Assembly (NCBI GenBank): GCA_903836515.1
Contig: CAILQW010000032.1
Coordinates: forward strand, 833-64,832
Source of the DNA: Candidatus Omnitrophota bacterium
GTDB taxonomy: Bacteria > Omnitrophota > Gorgyraeia > Zapsychrales > Fredricksoniimonadaceae
Reading direction: 5' to 3'
DNA length: 64,000 nucleotides
A model generated the notes under the pieces. It was not told the origin of the DNA, did no database searches, and worked only from the letters and a program-made list of their open reading frames with translations. Shown piece by piece: positions 38,413 to 47,949 of the stretch. The position numbers and the translations under genes were made by a program. Within the stretch, counting starts at the first letter, position 1; each line of letters opens with the position of its first letter.

Positions 38413-39306
38413 GTGGATATGTTTCAGTATTTTTTGTATAAATTCGGACTTTTCATCATCCATCTCGTCCCGCGCCGCTGGGCATACTGGTTTGCCGATT
38501 TTATGGCGAACCAGCATTTTTATCATTCGCACAAGGACCGCGAGGCGGTTATCCGCAATCTGGTCCAGATCACGGGCCGGCAGGATGAGGTCAGGGCGAT
38601 GGCTCGCCGGGTTTTTTTGAATTTCGGGCGCTACCTGGTGGATTTTTTCCTGATGTACAAGACCGTCGATCGCGTGTTTGTGCGGGAGCGTGTGACCATC
38701 AACGGGATGGAGCACCTTGACACGGCCCTGGCGCGCGGACGCGGCGGGATCATCCTGACGGCGCATATCGGCAACTGGGAGATGGGGGCGGCGGTTCTAA
38801 GCCAGCTGAGGCATCGTGTGACGGCGATTGCCTTGCCGCACAAGAACCCGAAAGTGAATATTCTTTTCAATCGACAGCGCGAGGCCCACGGGGTGACCGT
38901 TGTGCCAACCAGTGTGGCGGTGCGCCGCTGCATGGGGACGCTGCGCAAGGGGGGGCTCGTGGCCCTTTTAGGGGACCGCGATTTTGGATCGTTCGGTATG
39001 CCGATGGATTTCTTGGGGCGCAAGACGCTGATACCCCAGGGGGCGGCTTTCTTCGCGAGCCGTATGGGGGCGCCGATCATCCCGTGTTTTCTGACACCGG
39101 ATGGACACGGTCATTATTCGATGGATATCCTTGCGCCTGTTTATCCGTCGGAGAGTGCGGGGAGCGGCGAAGAAGCCCTTTTGTCGTTGATGCAGGCATA
39201 TGTCAAGGTGATTGAAGCCAAGATCAAGGAAGACCCAACCCAGTGGCTCATGTTCAGGGAGTTTGGCATTGAATTCGAAAATCTGTATCCTAATCCCCGC
39301 GCATAA
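38413..39306 (+). CDS. Lipid A biosynthesis (LpxL/HtrB-type) lysophospholipid acyltransferase family protein
   Basis: LPLAT family motif HIGNWE and overall similarity to lauroyl/myristoyl acyltransferases; 297 aa. Confidence 0.7.
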   Translation: MDMFQYFLYKFGLFIIHLVPRRWAYWFADFMANQHFYHSHKDREAVIRNLVQITGRQDEVRAMARRVFLNFGRYLVDFFLMYKTVDRVFVRERVTINGMEHLDTALARGRGGIILTAHIGNWEMGAAVLSQLRHRVTAIALPHKNPKVNILFNRQREAHGVTVVPTSVAVRRCMGTLRKGGLVALLGDRDFGSFGMPMDFLGRKTLIPQGAAFFASRMGAPIIPCFLTPDGHGHYSMDILAPVYPSESAGSGEEALLSLMQAYVKVIEAKIKEDPTQWLMFREFGIEFENLYPNPRA

Positions 39307-39940
39307 CGAGGCGCGGACTATTGCCGATGTCGTCACAAGCGTCAAGGGTATGGGCTTTGACGTTGTGGTGGTCGATGACGGCTCCTCGGATGGCTGCGGC
39401 CGCCTGGCCGCGCAGGCTGGCGCCACGCTGCTGGTGAATTTCAAGAACCAGGGCAAGGGGTTTTCTCTCCAGCGCGGTTTCGATTATATCATCAGCCGCG
39501 ATTACGACGCCTTGATCACTATGGACGCCGATGGACAGCATGCCGTCAGCGATCTCAACAACTTCGTCCGGCTTCTGGAAACAGAGGGGCCTGATGTCAT
39601 TTGCGGGAACCGGATGAACGATCACCACAAGATGCCGTTGGTGCGCCGTATGACCAACAGGATCATGTCTGCCCTGATTTCACTGGTGTGCCGGCAGAGA
39701 ATCCATGACACCCAGTGCGGGTACCGCCTGATCCGCTGCGATGTCCTGCGCCATGTGCAGCTGTCTTCTTCGGCCTTCGAGATAGAGTCCGAGGTGATCA
39801 TCAAGGCCAGTAAAAAAAAATATCGCATCGCTTCGGTCCCTGTGCAAACCATTTATGGCGCCGAGGTGAGCAAAATCAACCCCTTTTTTGATACGGTCCG
39901 TTTTATTGTGTATATCGTCCGGGAAATGTTTGTGCGTTGA
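39260..39940 (+). CDS. Glycosyltransferase family 2 (dolichyl/polyprenyl-phosphate sugar transferase-like)
   Basis: ILIPAHNEA...VVVVDDGSSD...DADGQH motifs; start uncertain (overlaps preceding gene; likely TTG near 39260). Confidence 0.7.
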   Translation, partial: SLALNSKICILIPAHNEARTIADVVTSVKGMGFDVVVVDDGSSDGCGRLAAQAGATLLVNFKNQGKGFSLQRGFDYIISRDYDALITMDADGQHAVSDLNNFVRLLETEGPDVICGNRMNDHHKMPLVRRMTNRIMSALISLVCRQRIHDTQCGYRLIRCDVLRHVQLSSSAFEIESEVIIKASKKKYRIASVPVQTIYGAEVSKINPFFDTVRFIVYIVREMFVR

Positions 39941-40644
39941 CTATGGAAGACAAATTCTTTCGCTATGCCATTATTGTTTCCTGCGCGATACACCTGGGTT
40001 TTTTTGCCCATTTTTATATCACGCACAGGAATTTTGAGTTTTGGAAGAAGCCGCAGCCTGTGATGTATAATCTCGTCAAGCCCAAGCCGCGGGTCGATCC
40101 CAAGACCGCTGACCGCCGGGATGACCGTGACGCCACCCATATGATGGAAAAACTGGACGAGCCGCTGCCGCCCCCGGCGCCGATGAAAGCGGTGTCTGCC
40201 CAGGAACCCCGTTCCGAGGCTTTCCCCAAGGACCTGCCCGGCATGATGGATAAGGCTGACATATTCGAACGCAAGCCTGAAAAGCTTAAAGGGGTCAAGG
40301 TCACCAAGGAAGTGTCCGTCCCGATGCTCAAGTCGGAGAGGATCAATACCCCCTCTTATGTGAGCTACTACCAGATCGTGCGCGACCGTATCCGCGAAAG
40401 GGCCTACAGCAATTACACCAAGCTGAGCGTCGGTGAGGTTTTTGTGACTTTTATCATCAAGTCGGACGGCTCCCTTTCCGGCCTGCAGGTTCTGGATACC
40501 AAGAGTGCCGCCAATGATTTCCTGCGCCATGTTGGGATAAAGAGTGTGCAGGAAGCGGCGCCGTTCCCCGTATTTCCCAAAGACCTGGTTTACCCCGAGC
40601 TCACCTTCAACGTTTCCATTTCATTCCAATACCGCGAGGAATAA
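39937..40644 (+). CDS. TonB-family protein (N-terminal TM anchor, Pro-rich spacer, TonB_C-like domain)
   Basis: Hydrophobic N-terminus, PLPPPAPM spacer, C-terminal block EVFVTFIIKSDGSLSGLQVLDTKSA...YPELTFNVSISFQY resembling TonB C-terminal domain. Confidence 0.5.
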   Translation: MTMEDKFFRYAIIVSCAIHLGFFAHFYITHRNFEFWKKPQPVMYNLVKPKPRVDPKTADRRDDRDATHMMEKLDEPLPPPAPMKAVSAQEPRSEAFPKDLPGMMDKADIFERKPEKLKGVKVTKEVSVPMLKSERINTPSYVSYYQIVRDRIRERAYSNYTKLSVGEVFVTFIIKSDGSLSGLQVLDTKSAANDFLRHVGIKSVQEAAPFPVFPKDLVYPELTFNVSISFQYREE

Positions 40645-40749
40645 CCCGGGAGTGCTGCCTTTCGGGGATGTATTGTGATTTTCAGGTTGTCGGCTTCTGC
40701 GGGGTGTGATATCGTAGGGCAACTACTAACCCGTGATGAAAGGTGTCCC

Positions 40750-41172
40750 ATGAGTGACGAAAAATTTGTTGATGAGGCCTGGAAAGACGCGGTCGTCAGT
40801 GATAAATCAGCCGGATGTTCTTCCGACAGTTGCGGTTGTTCCAGGGAGAGTTGCGGTGACCAGGAAGATGGCTGCGGCGATGGTTGCGGCTGCGGCGGCG
40901 GCCAGGATAGTGAGATCGAGGTCAATTTTTTCACGTATCTGACATCCATCGGGTACCAGGCCATGATCTTTCTGGGGGAGATACCCAATCCCATGAACGG
41001 CCAGAATGAAAAGAACCTCCGTCAGGCCAAGTTCATCATTGATACCATCCTGATGCTTAAGGAAAAGACCAAGGGGAACCTCAACGAACAGGAAAATGCC
41101 TTCATTGACGGGACCCTCTACGAGCTTCAGATGAAGTTTGTGGAACTCCTTCAAAAGGGTGAGCAGGTCTGA
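40750..41172 (+). CDS. DUF1844-family protein with Cys-rich N-terminal segment
   Basis: C-terminal FTYLTSIGYQAMIFLGEIPNP...ILMLKEKTKGNL matches DUF1844-type pattern; N-terminus carries CGC/CSS repeats. Confidence 0.55.
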   Translation: MSDEKFVDEAWKDAVVSDKSAGCSSDSCGCSRESCGDQEDGCGDGCGCGGGQDSEIEVNFFTYLTSIGYQAMIFLGEIPNPMNGQNEKNLRQAKFIIDTILMLKEKTKGNLNEQENAFIDGTLYELQMKFVELLQKGEQV

Positions 41173-41173
41173 T

Positions 41174-41341
41174 ATGGTTGATCCAATACTGCTGGATATC
41201 CTGGCGTGCCCTGCATGCCGGGCAGATGTTCATCTCCAGGAAGGCTGGCTCAAATGCCAGAATCCAGGGTGTGCGCTCCAGTATCCCGTCCGTGATGGCA
41301 TACCCGTGATGCTGGTGGATCAAGCGCAACCGTACTCCTGA
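41174..41341 (+). CDS. Trm112-family small zinc-ribbon protein (DUF343)
   Basis: MVDPILLDILACPACRAD...CQNPGCALQYPVRDGIPVMLVDQA. Confidence 0.75.
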   Translation: MVDPILLDILACPACRADVHLQEGWLKCQNPGCALQYPVRDGIPVMLVDQAQPYS

Positions 41342-41358
41342 TCGGAAAGCCGGTAGAT

Positions 41359-42459
41359 ATGGGGACAAAAAATGTTCCACCCATCCGCAGGCCTGGCGTA
41401 ACGCTTCCCCAGCGCATGCGCGCCCTTGGCCCGCGGCTTAGAGCGGTGGGTGTTGAGGCGCTCCTGGTCACAGAGGTGGCCGATCTTCGTTATCTCACCC
41501 AATATCCAGCCCAGGATGCCTGGCTTCTGGTGACCCCCCAGCAGGCTTTTTATATTACAGATCCCCGTTACATCCATGAAGTGAGCAAGGCTTTGCCCGG
41601 CGTAACGGTGGTCAGATTTGAGAAGTCCCTGGCCGATGAGGTGGTCCGCCTTTGCATACAAACAGCTGTGACGCGTTTGGGCGTGGATGAACGTTATCTG
41701 ACGGTGAGCCAGTACAAAAGGCTGAAGGCTTTGTCAGGCAAGAAGATCGTGCTCAAGCCTGCCGATAGCTGTGTCGCGGCGTTGCGTATGATCAAGGACC
41801 CGGTGGAGCTTGAGTTGATACGCCAGGCCATCACCCTTGATCTTGCTGCTTATAAATATATAAATAGATATATTAAGGTTGGAGTGAGTGAAAAAGATCT
41901 TTTGGGCAAGCTGGAAGGATTCACCCGCAGGCATGGGGCCAGTTTTTCGTTTGATCCGATCATTGCTTCGGGACCTCATTCTGCCTTTCCGCATGCCCGA
42001 GTTACAGACCGGAAGTTATGCTCTAACGAGCCTGTTCTCATAGACTTAGGCATGGATATCAAAGGCTATAAGTCTGACTTGACACGCATGTTCTTTTTGG
42101 GTAAAATGCCTCCCTCTTATAGTAAGGCTGTCTCCAGGGTGAGGGAAGCCCAGGCTGAAGCGTTCAGGTGCATCAGGCCCGGGGTTGCTGCCAGGGAGGT
42201 CGATGCTGCGGCCCGTTCTTATCTAGGCCGCTATGATTTAGCTGCGCATTTCAGCCATTCGTTGGGGCATGGGGTCGGGTTGGAGGTGCATGAACATCCA
42301 AGGCTTTCTGTGAACAGCGATGTGATATTGCAGGAGAATATGGTCTGTACGGTAGAGCCTGGGGTATACTTTCCGGGCAAGTACGGGATACGGCTGGAAG
42401 AAATGGTATTGGTAACAAAAAACGGATGTGAGGTCTTAAGTGTCAATTACGATCAATGA
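41359..42459 (+). CDS. Xaa-Pro aminopeptidase / M24B family peptidase
   Basis: Creatinase N-domain plus M24 C-domain with metal ligands (HSLGHGVGLEVHE, E..E). Confidence 0.8.
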   Translation: MGTKNVPPIRRPGVTLPQRMRALGPRLRAVGVEALLVTEVADLRYLTQYPAQDAWLLVTPQQAFYITDPRYIHEVSKALPGVTVVRFEKSLADEVVRLCIQTAVTRLGVDERYLTVSQYKRLKALSGKKIVLKPADSCVAALRMIKDPVELELIRQAITLDLAAYKYINRYIKVGVSEKDLLGKLEGFTRRHGASFSFDPIIASGPHSAFPHARVTDRKLCSNEPVLIDLGMDIKGYKSDLTRMFFLGKMPPSYSKAVSRVREAQAEAFRCIRPGVAAREVDAAARSYLGRYDLAAHFSHSLGHGVGLEVHEHPRLSVNSDVILQENMVCTVEPGVYFPGKYGIRLEEMVLVTKNGCEVLSVNYDQ

Positions 42460-43009
42460 AGTTGAAAGGGGCATGGCCCTTAAGGTGGATAACGAGATCT
42501 GCACGATCATGGATTTTAATCATGTCAAGCCCGGGAAAGGCAGCGCGTTCGTGCGTATCAAGCTCCGTTATCTCAAGAGCGGATTCACGGTGGAACGCAC
42601 GTATCGGTCCGCCGAAATGCTCGAAGATGTCCCTTTGGAAGAGCGGAAACTCCAGTATCTTTATCATGCGGACGGGATGTATCACTTCATGGATCAGACC
42701 ACGTTTGAAGAACAGCGGGTTTCCCAGCATGAGCTGGGTGAGAATGTGATAAGATTCCTGCTGGACAACATGGAGATCAGCGGTTTTGTGTACCAGGACA
42801 AGATCCTCAAGGTGTCGCTTCCCAATTTCATTATCACCAGGATCGTTGAGACAGAACCCGGTGTCAAGGGTGATTCGACCAAATCTAACACCAAGCCCGC
42901 CAAGATCGAGACGGGCGCAACCATCCTCGTTCCTTTGTTCGTGAATGTCGACGAAGAGATCAAGATCGACACGCGTAACGGGGAATATGTCGAAAGGGTG
43001 AAACGATGA
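42440..43009 (+). CDS. efp: Elongation factor P
   Basis: 189 aa; KPGKGSAFVRIKLR motif containing the modifiable Lys loop; GTG start. Confidence 0.9.
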   Translation: MSITINEVERGMALKVDNEICTIMDFNHVKPGKGSAFVRIKLRYLKSGFTVERTYRSAEMLEDVPLEERKLQYLYHADGMYHFMDQTTFEEQRVSQHELGENVIRFLLDNMEISGFVYQDKILKVSLPNFIITRIVETEPGVKGDSTKSNTKPAKIETGATILVPLFVNVDEEIKIDTRNGEYVERVKR

Positions 43010-43458
43010 ACCTCAAAGAGCTGAAAGAAATGGTTGAACTCATGAACGAGAACGGCCTCGCGGAACTCGAACTCGAGCGTGACGGCATGACGATCAAGCT
43101 GAAAAAGGCGCAGGACCCCTCCGTGCACCCTGTTGCTTACAGCATCCCCGCCATCCCGGCCAGACCGGTGTCTGAAGGCCTGGCATCAGCGGCCCCCGCC
43201 GTCCCGGCAGGGAACCTCAAGGACATCAAGTCCCCCATGGTGGGAACGTTTTACCGTGCGCCTTCCCCGGAAGCCGCCCCGTTCGTAGAGATCGGACAGG
43301 CGGTTGAGGTCGGGCAGGTTGTGTGCATTGTTGAAGCCATGAAATTGATGAATGAGATCAAGTCGGATGTCCGCGGCAAGGTCATTGAGCTTTGCGTTGA
43401 CAATGCCGAACCCGTTGAGTTCGGCCAGGTTCTTTTTCGCGTGGATCCTGCCCAATAA
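43006..43458 (+). CDS. accB: Acetyl-CoA carboxylase biotin carboxyl carrier protein
   Basis: Biotinylation motif EAMKLMNEI, Pro/Ala linker. Confidence 0.9.
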   Translation: MNLKELKEMVELMNENGLAELELERDGMTIKLKKAQDPSVHPVAYSIPAIPARPVSEGLASAAPAVPAGNLKDIKSPMVGTFYRAPSPEAAPFVEIGQAVEVGQVVCIVEAMKLMNEIKSDVRGKVIELCVDNAEPVEFGQVLFRVDPAQ

Positions 43459-43482
43459 ATTGAACCTACACGAGACCTGTCT

Positions 43483-44832
43483 ATGTTCTCCAAGATCCTG
43501 ATAGCCAACCGCGGCGAGATCGCCCTGCGCATCATCCGCGCCTGCAAGGAACTGGGTATTTCAACGGTTGCCGTTTATTCGGAAGCCGACCGCGATTCCC
43601 TGCATGTGCGTTTCGCGGATGAGGCGGTTTGTATCGGCAAGGCCTCAAGTGCGGAAAGTTATCTCAATATCCCGGCCATCATTTCTGCCGCCGAGATCAC
43701 GGATGTCGAGGCGATCCATCCGGGTTACGGGTTCATGTCCGAGAACGCGCATTTCGCGGAGATCTGTGAGTCGTGCAAGATCCAGTTCATCGGGCCGACA
43801 CCTGACACCATCCGCATGATGGGGGACAAGATCACGGCCAAAGAAACGGCACGCAAGGCGGGTGTCCCGTTGACGCCTGGCGGCAAGGGTATTGTCAAGA
43901 GCCCTGAAGAGGCCCTGGAGATCGCCAAGCAGATCAGGTATCCGGTCATCATCAAGGCGACAGCCGGCGGCGGCGGCAAGGGGATGCGCGTTTGCCACAA
44001 TGATGTTACGCTCGTCAATTCCCTCAAGATGGCGCAGGCCGAGGCCGAGGCGAATTTCAAGAACCCCAACGTTTATATTGAGCGTTATGTCACGGATCCG
44101 CGGCATGTGGAATTCCAGATCCTTGCGGATTATCACGGCAATATCATTCATCTGGGCGAGCGCGATTGTTCGGTCCAGCGCCGTCACCAGAAATTGATCG
44201 AGGAATCGCCTTCTCCGGCCTTGAGCGAGAAACTTCGCAAAAGGATGGGCGAGGCTGCGGTCAAGTGCGCGAAGGCTGCCAATTATCGCGGTGTGGGTAC
44301 CGTCGAGTTTTTGCTCGACAAGAACGATGATTTCTTTTTCATGGAGATGAATACCCGTATCCAGGTCGAGCATCCGGTCACGGAAATGGTGACGGGGCTC
44401 GATCTTATCAAGGAACAGATCCGGGCTGCCTGCGGCGTGAAGCTCAAGATCAGGCAGGAGGATGTGAAGCTCCAGGGGCATGCCATCGAGTGCCGTATCA
44501 ATGCCGAGGATCCCGACAATAATTTTATTCCCTGTCCCGGCAAGATCGAACAGCTCAATATTCCCGGTGGTCCGTGCGTACGCGTGGATACCCATATTTA
44601 TTCGGGATACAAGATAAGCCCTTATTACGATTCGATGGTGGCCAAACTGATTGTGCATGGCCGCGACCGGGCAGAGGCGATCCGTATCATGCGGCGCGCC
44701 CTGGATGAATTTTATATTTCACCGATTAAGACGACGATCCCGCTGCATATGCAGATCATGAACGATCCGGCCTTTGTGCGCGGGGATATTTCCACGCATT
44801 TCCTTGAAAAGATGGCCAAGAAAGAGAACTGA
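43483..44832 (+). CDS. accC: Acetyl-CoA carboxylase biotin carboxylase subunit
   Basis: 449 aa ATP-grasp; strong similarity across full length. Confidence 0.95.
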   Translation: MFSKILIANRGEIALRIIRACKELGISTVAVYSEADRDSLHVRFADEAVCIGKASSAESYLNIPAIISAAEITDVEAIHPGYGFMSENAHFAEICESCKIQFIGPTPDTIRMMGDKITAKETARKAGVPLTPGGKGIVKSPEEALEIAKQIRYPVIIKATAGGGGKGMRVCHNDVTLVNSLKMAQAEAEANFKNPNVYIERYVTDPRHVEFQILADYHGNIIHLGERDCSVQRRHQKLIEESPSPALSEKLRKRMGEAAVKCAKAANYRGVGTVEFLLDKNDDFFFMEMNTRIQVEHPVTEMVTGLDLIKEQIRAACGVKLKIRQEDVKLQGHAIECRINAEDPDNNFIPCPGKIEQLNIPGGPCVRVDTHIYSGYKISPYYDSMVAKLIVHGRDRAEAIRIMRRALDEFYISPIKTTIPLHMQIMNDPAFVRGDISTHFLEKMAKKEN

Positions 44833-44904
44833 TCCAGCGTTTTCGATGTTGCAATGCTGCGCCCCGGGGGGGCTTTAGGACGACCAGATTTACTGGGAGG
44901 GAAC

Positions 44905-45255
44905 ATGAGACCGGAAAACAAGGTTAATCTAGGGGTCATTCAGGTTCACAAACGGGTCATTGCCGATATTTGCACCGCGGCGATCATGGAGATCGAAGGT
45001 GTTGCCATGGCCCGGCATGTCCTTCTTGAAGATATCTTCGGCTTATTGGGGAAGCACAAGAATTCCGCGGTCGAGGTGCGCATGGATGCCAACGGACAGG
45101 TCAGTGTGGTTGTGAAGGTGCTGGTCCGTTACGGCATTAATCTCGCCGAGGTGTCGCGCCGCATCCAGGATGCGGTGATGACAGCGGTGGAGAAGATGGC
45201 GGATATCAATCTCAGGGATGTGGATGTCAGTATTCAGGGCATTGAAAGGGGTTAA
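44905..45255 (+). CDS. Asp23/Gls24 family (alkaline shock protein) stress protein
   Basis: NLGVIQVHKRVIADICTAAIMEIEGVA typical Asp23 N-terminus; ATG 44905 with GGGAGG RBS. Confidence 0.8.
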   Translation: MRPENKVNLGVIQVHKRVIADICTAAIMEIEGVAMARHVLLEDIFGLLGKHKNSAVEVRMDANGQVSVVVKVLVRYGINLAEVSRRIQDAVMTAVEKMADINLRDVDVSIQGIERG

Positions 45256-45258
45256 TGT

Positions 45259-45864
45259 ATGCGGCTTTTTATCCGGTTGGCGGTCTTCTTTTATATTCTT
45301 GTGATCTGTGTGATCGGTTTTACGGCGCTTCTTGTGCTGGCGCATTTTGTAGATTTCAACCAATACCTGGATTTCCTCGAATTCATTTACCTTAACGGGA
45401 AGGCGAGTACCGTCGCCGGGGTGATTGTGGCGTCGACCATGCTTCTGGGACTTGCTTTTGCCCGGATCATCCTGGGGCGCCAGGAGCAGGAGCGCCTTAT
45501 TCATTTTGATAATCCGCTGGGACGTGTGACGATATCCCTGGCTGCCCTGGAAGATCTCATCCGCCGCCTGGCTATTCATATGCCCCAGGTCAAAGAGATC
45601 CGTCCTGATATCGTGTCGACCAAGAAGGGGCTTGATGTGGATATCCGGCTCGTCCTGCGTTCTGATGTCAATATCCCGGAAATGACCGCCAATATGCAGG
45701 ATATCATCAAACGCAAGGTTCAGGATGTGATCGGCAGCGAAGAGCGCGTCAATATCCGTGTCCATGTCATCAAGATCGCCTCTGAAACCTCCACCAAGAC
45801 CCTGGGGCGCGCGGATGACGATGAAGTCGTCAGTCCGCTGCCGTTCCACGGGTACAGAAGCTGA
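45259..45864 (+). CDS. Asp23 membrane-anchor (AmaP)-like membrane protein
   Basis: Two N-terminal TM helices then soluble domain; conserved adjacency downstream of asp23. Confidence 0.55.
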   Translation: MRLFIRLAVFFYILVICVIGFTALLVLAHFVDFNQYLDFLEFIYLNGKASTVAGVIVASTMLLGLAFARIILGRQEQERLIHFDNPLGRVTISLAALEDLIRRLAIHMPQVKEIRPDIVSTKKGLDVDIRLVLRSDVNIPEMTANMQDIIKRKVQDVIGSEERVNIRVHVIKIASETSTKTLGRADDDEVVSPLPFHGYRS

Positions 45865-45865
45865 T

Positions 45866-46885
45866 ATGAAGAAGATAGGCATCCTTACCGGCGGGGCGGA
45901 TTGTCCCGGGTTGAACGCGGTTATTCGTGCGGTTGTCTACAAGGGCATGCAGGAAGGCTACGTTATCACCGGTATCAAGAACGGCTGGCAGGGACTGATC
46001 GATAATGATGCGCGGGTGCTTGATACGCGCGCTGTTTCCGGCATCCTGGATCGCGGCGGCACGATTTTGGGCACGAGCCGGGTTGACCCTTTTCAGAATC
46101 CTGAAGGCATTGAAAAGATCCGTGAAAATTACAAGCGCAACGGCATGGATGCCATTATTGCCGTTGGCGGCGAGGTGACCCTGGGGATCGCGCTCCAATT
46201 GCAGAAACAGGGTGTTATCAAGACGGTGGGGATCCCTAAATCCATCGACAACGCCCTTTCCGGCACAGACTATGCTTTTGGTTTCGATACGGCGGTGCAG
46301 GTGGCGACAGAGCAGATCGATCGGCTGCATACCACGGCGGAAAGTCATCACCGCATCATGGTCATCGAGGTCATGGGCCAGCACACAGGCTGGATCGCGG
46401 TAGAGGCAGGGCTCGCGGGGGGCGCGGATGTGATCCTGATCCCCGAGATCGAGGTTGATACGGTCAAGGTGTGTGAGGCTATTCGCAACCGTCATCGCCG
46501 CGGCAAGTCATTTTCCATCGTGGTCGTTTCCGAGGGCACGCGTATCGATGCGGTGGGGATTGTTGCCGAAGGGCCTGAAAAACGCAGATTCGGGAGCGTG
46601 GGCGAGCGCCTGGCCAAGTCGATCGAGGACATGACCGGTTACGAAACGCGCGTCAGTGTCCTGGGGTATATCCAGCGCGGCGGTTCTCCCACGGCCTTTG
46701 ACCGGATCCTCGGCACGCGTTTCGGCGTCAAGGCTGTGGAGCTTGTCAAGGAAGGCAAGTTCGGACATATGGTCAGTTATCAGAACAACAAGATCCGTTC
46801 TGTAGATATGGAAGGCCCGGTCACCCAGCGCAAATTCGTGGACATGGACCTTTACCAGATCGCCAAAGTTTTCTGCGCGGAATAA
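45866..46885 (+). CDS. pfk: 6-phosphofructokinase (PfkA family; possibly PPi-type)
   Basis: GGADCPGLNAVIR, MVIEVMG motifs; GGEVT in place of GGDGS and Lys at the E. coli Gly124-equivalent (IPKSIDN). Confidence 0.85.
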   Translation: MKKIGILTGGADCPGLNAVIRAVVYKGMQEGYVITGIKNGWQGLIDNDARVLDTRAVSGILDRGGTILGTSRVDPFQNPEGIEKIRENYKRNGMDAIIAVGGEVTLGIALQLQKQGVIKTVGIPKSIDNALSGTDYAFGFDTAVQVATEQIDRLHTTAESHHRIMVIEVMGQHTGWIAVEAGLAGGADVILIPEIEVDTVKVCEAIRNRHRRGKSFSIVVVSEGTRIDAVGIVAEGPEKRRFGSVGERLAKSIEDMTGYETRVSVLGYIQRGGSPTAFDRILGTRFGVKAVELVKEGKFGHMVSYQNNKIRSVDMEGPVTQRKFVDMDLYQIAKVFCAE

Positions 46886-46891
46886 TATTTC

Positions 46892-47461
46892 ATGCAAGAC
46901 AAGATCCGTTCCATCCTGCAAGAGGCCATCGCCGTTCAACAGCAGTCGCTTGACCGCAACGCCGGGGTCGTGGCGCAGATTGTGCGTGCGTGTGTGCGCT
47001 GCCTTGAAAGCGGCGGGACGCTCTTTTTCTTTGGTAACGGCGGTTCCGCGGCAGACAGCCAGCATGTGGCCGCTGAATTCATCGGCCGTTTTCGCAAAGA
47101 ACGCCGCGCCCTGGCGGCCGTGGCGTTGACAACAGACACGTCGATTCTCACCTGCCTGGCCAATGATTACAGTTATGATATCGTTTTTTCACGTCAGCTG
47201 GAAGGCTTGGGGAAGAAGGGAGATATGGCCTTTGGCCTGTCGACCAGCGGCAAATCCCCCAATGTCCTTAAAGCGTTTGAAACGGCCCGTTCCATGGGCA
47301 TCACGACCGTGGCGTTCACGGGCGGCGATGGCGGACCCGCCGCGGCTATTGCGGATATGAGCGTTATCGTTCCCTCCCGGGTGACGGCGCGTGTCCAGGA
47401 ATCCCATATTGCGATCTTTCACGCCATGTGCGAGGTGGTGGAAGATGCCATTGCCCCATGA
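46892..47461 (+). CDS. gmhA: D-sedoheptulose-7-phosphate isomerase (SIS domain)
   Basis: 189 aa SIS domain; GNGGSAADSQH motif. Confidence 0.8.
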   Translation: MQDKIRSILQEAIAVQQQSLDRNAGVVAQIVRACVRCLESGGTLFFFGNGGSAADSQHVAAEFIGRFRKERRALAAVALTTDTSILTCLANDYSYDIVFSRQLEGLGKKGDMAFGLSTSGKSPNVLKAFETARSMGITTVAFTGGDGGPAAAIADMSVIVPSRVTARVQESHIAIFHAMCEVVEDAIAP

Positions 47462-47949
47462 CCACGCGCCATAAAGTCATCACCATGTCCTCCCTTCGTC
47501 CCAAACTGGCGCTCCTGCGCCGTCAGGGACGCGTGATCGCTTTCACGAACGGTTGTTTTGATATCCTTCATTACGGGCATGTGAGTTATTTGGAAGCGGC
47601 CAAAAAGAAGGACCGGGTCCTGGTGGTCGGGATGAACACGGATGCCTCTGTCCGCGGGTTGAAGGGGCCGGAGCGCCCCATTGTTTCCCAGGACCAGCGT
47701 GCCGCGGTGCTGGCGGGACTGGCATGTGTGGATTTCGTTGTTCTTTTTGATGACCCGACACCGTATGCGCTCATCAAGGCCGTCAGGCCTGATGTTTTGC
47801 TCAAGGGCGCGGACTGGAAGGGCAAAGCAGTCGCTGGGAGCGACATTGTTACAGCCCAGGGCGGGCGTGTTGAGTTCGTCACCTTTATCGAGCGTCTTTC
47901 CACGACCAATATCGTGGAGAAGATCCGCCAGCAATGCCGCGCCGTATGA
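47458..47949 (+). CDS. D-glycero-beta-D-manno-heptose 1-phosphate adenylyltransferase (RfaE/HldE domain II-like cytidylyltransferase)
   Basis: FTNGCFDILHYGHVSYL nucleotidyltransferase HxGH motif; ATGA overlap with gmhA. Confidence 0.8.
   Translation: MTTRHKVITMSSLRPKLALLRRQGRVIAFTNGCFDILHYGHVSYLEAAKKKDRVLVVGMNTDASVRGLKGPERPIVSQDQRAAVLAGLACVDFVVLFDDPTPYALIKAVRPDVLLKGADWKGKAVAGSDIVTAQGGRVEFVTFIERLSTTNIVEKIRQQCRAV

Noticed and set aside
44833-44904. GCCCCGGGGGGGC palindrome after accC as a terminator
   Set aside because: The stem has almost no loop and a weak T-tract. It is not convincing as an intrinsic terminator.
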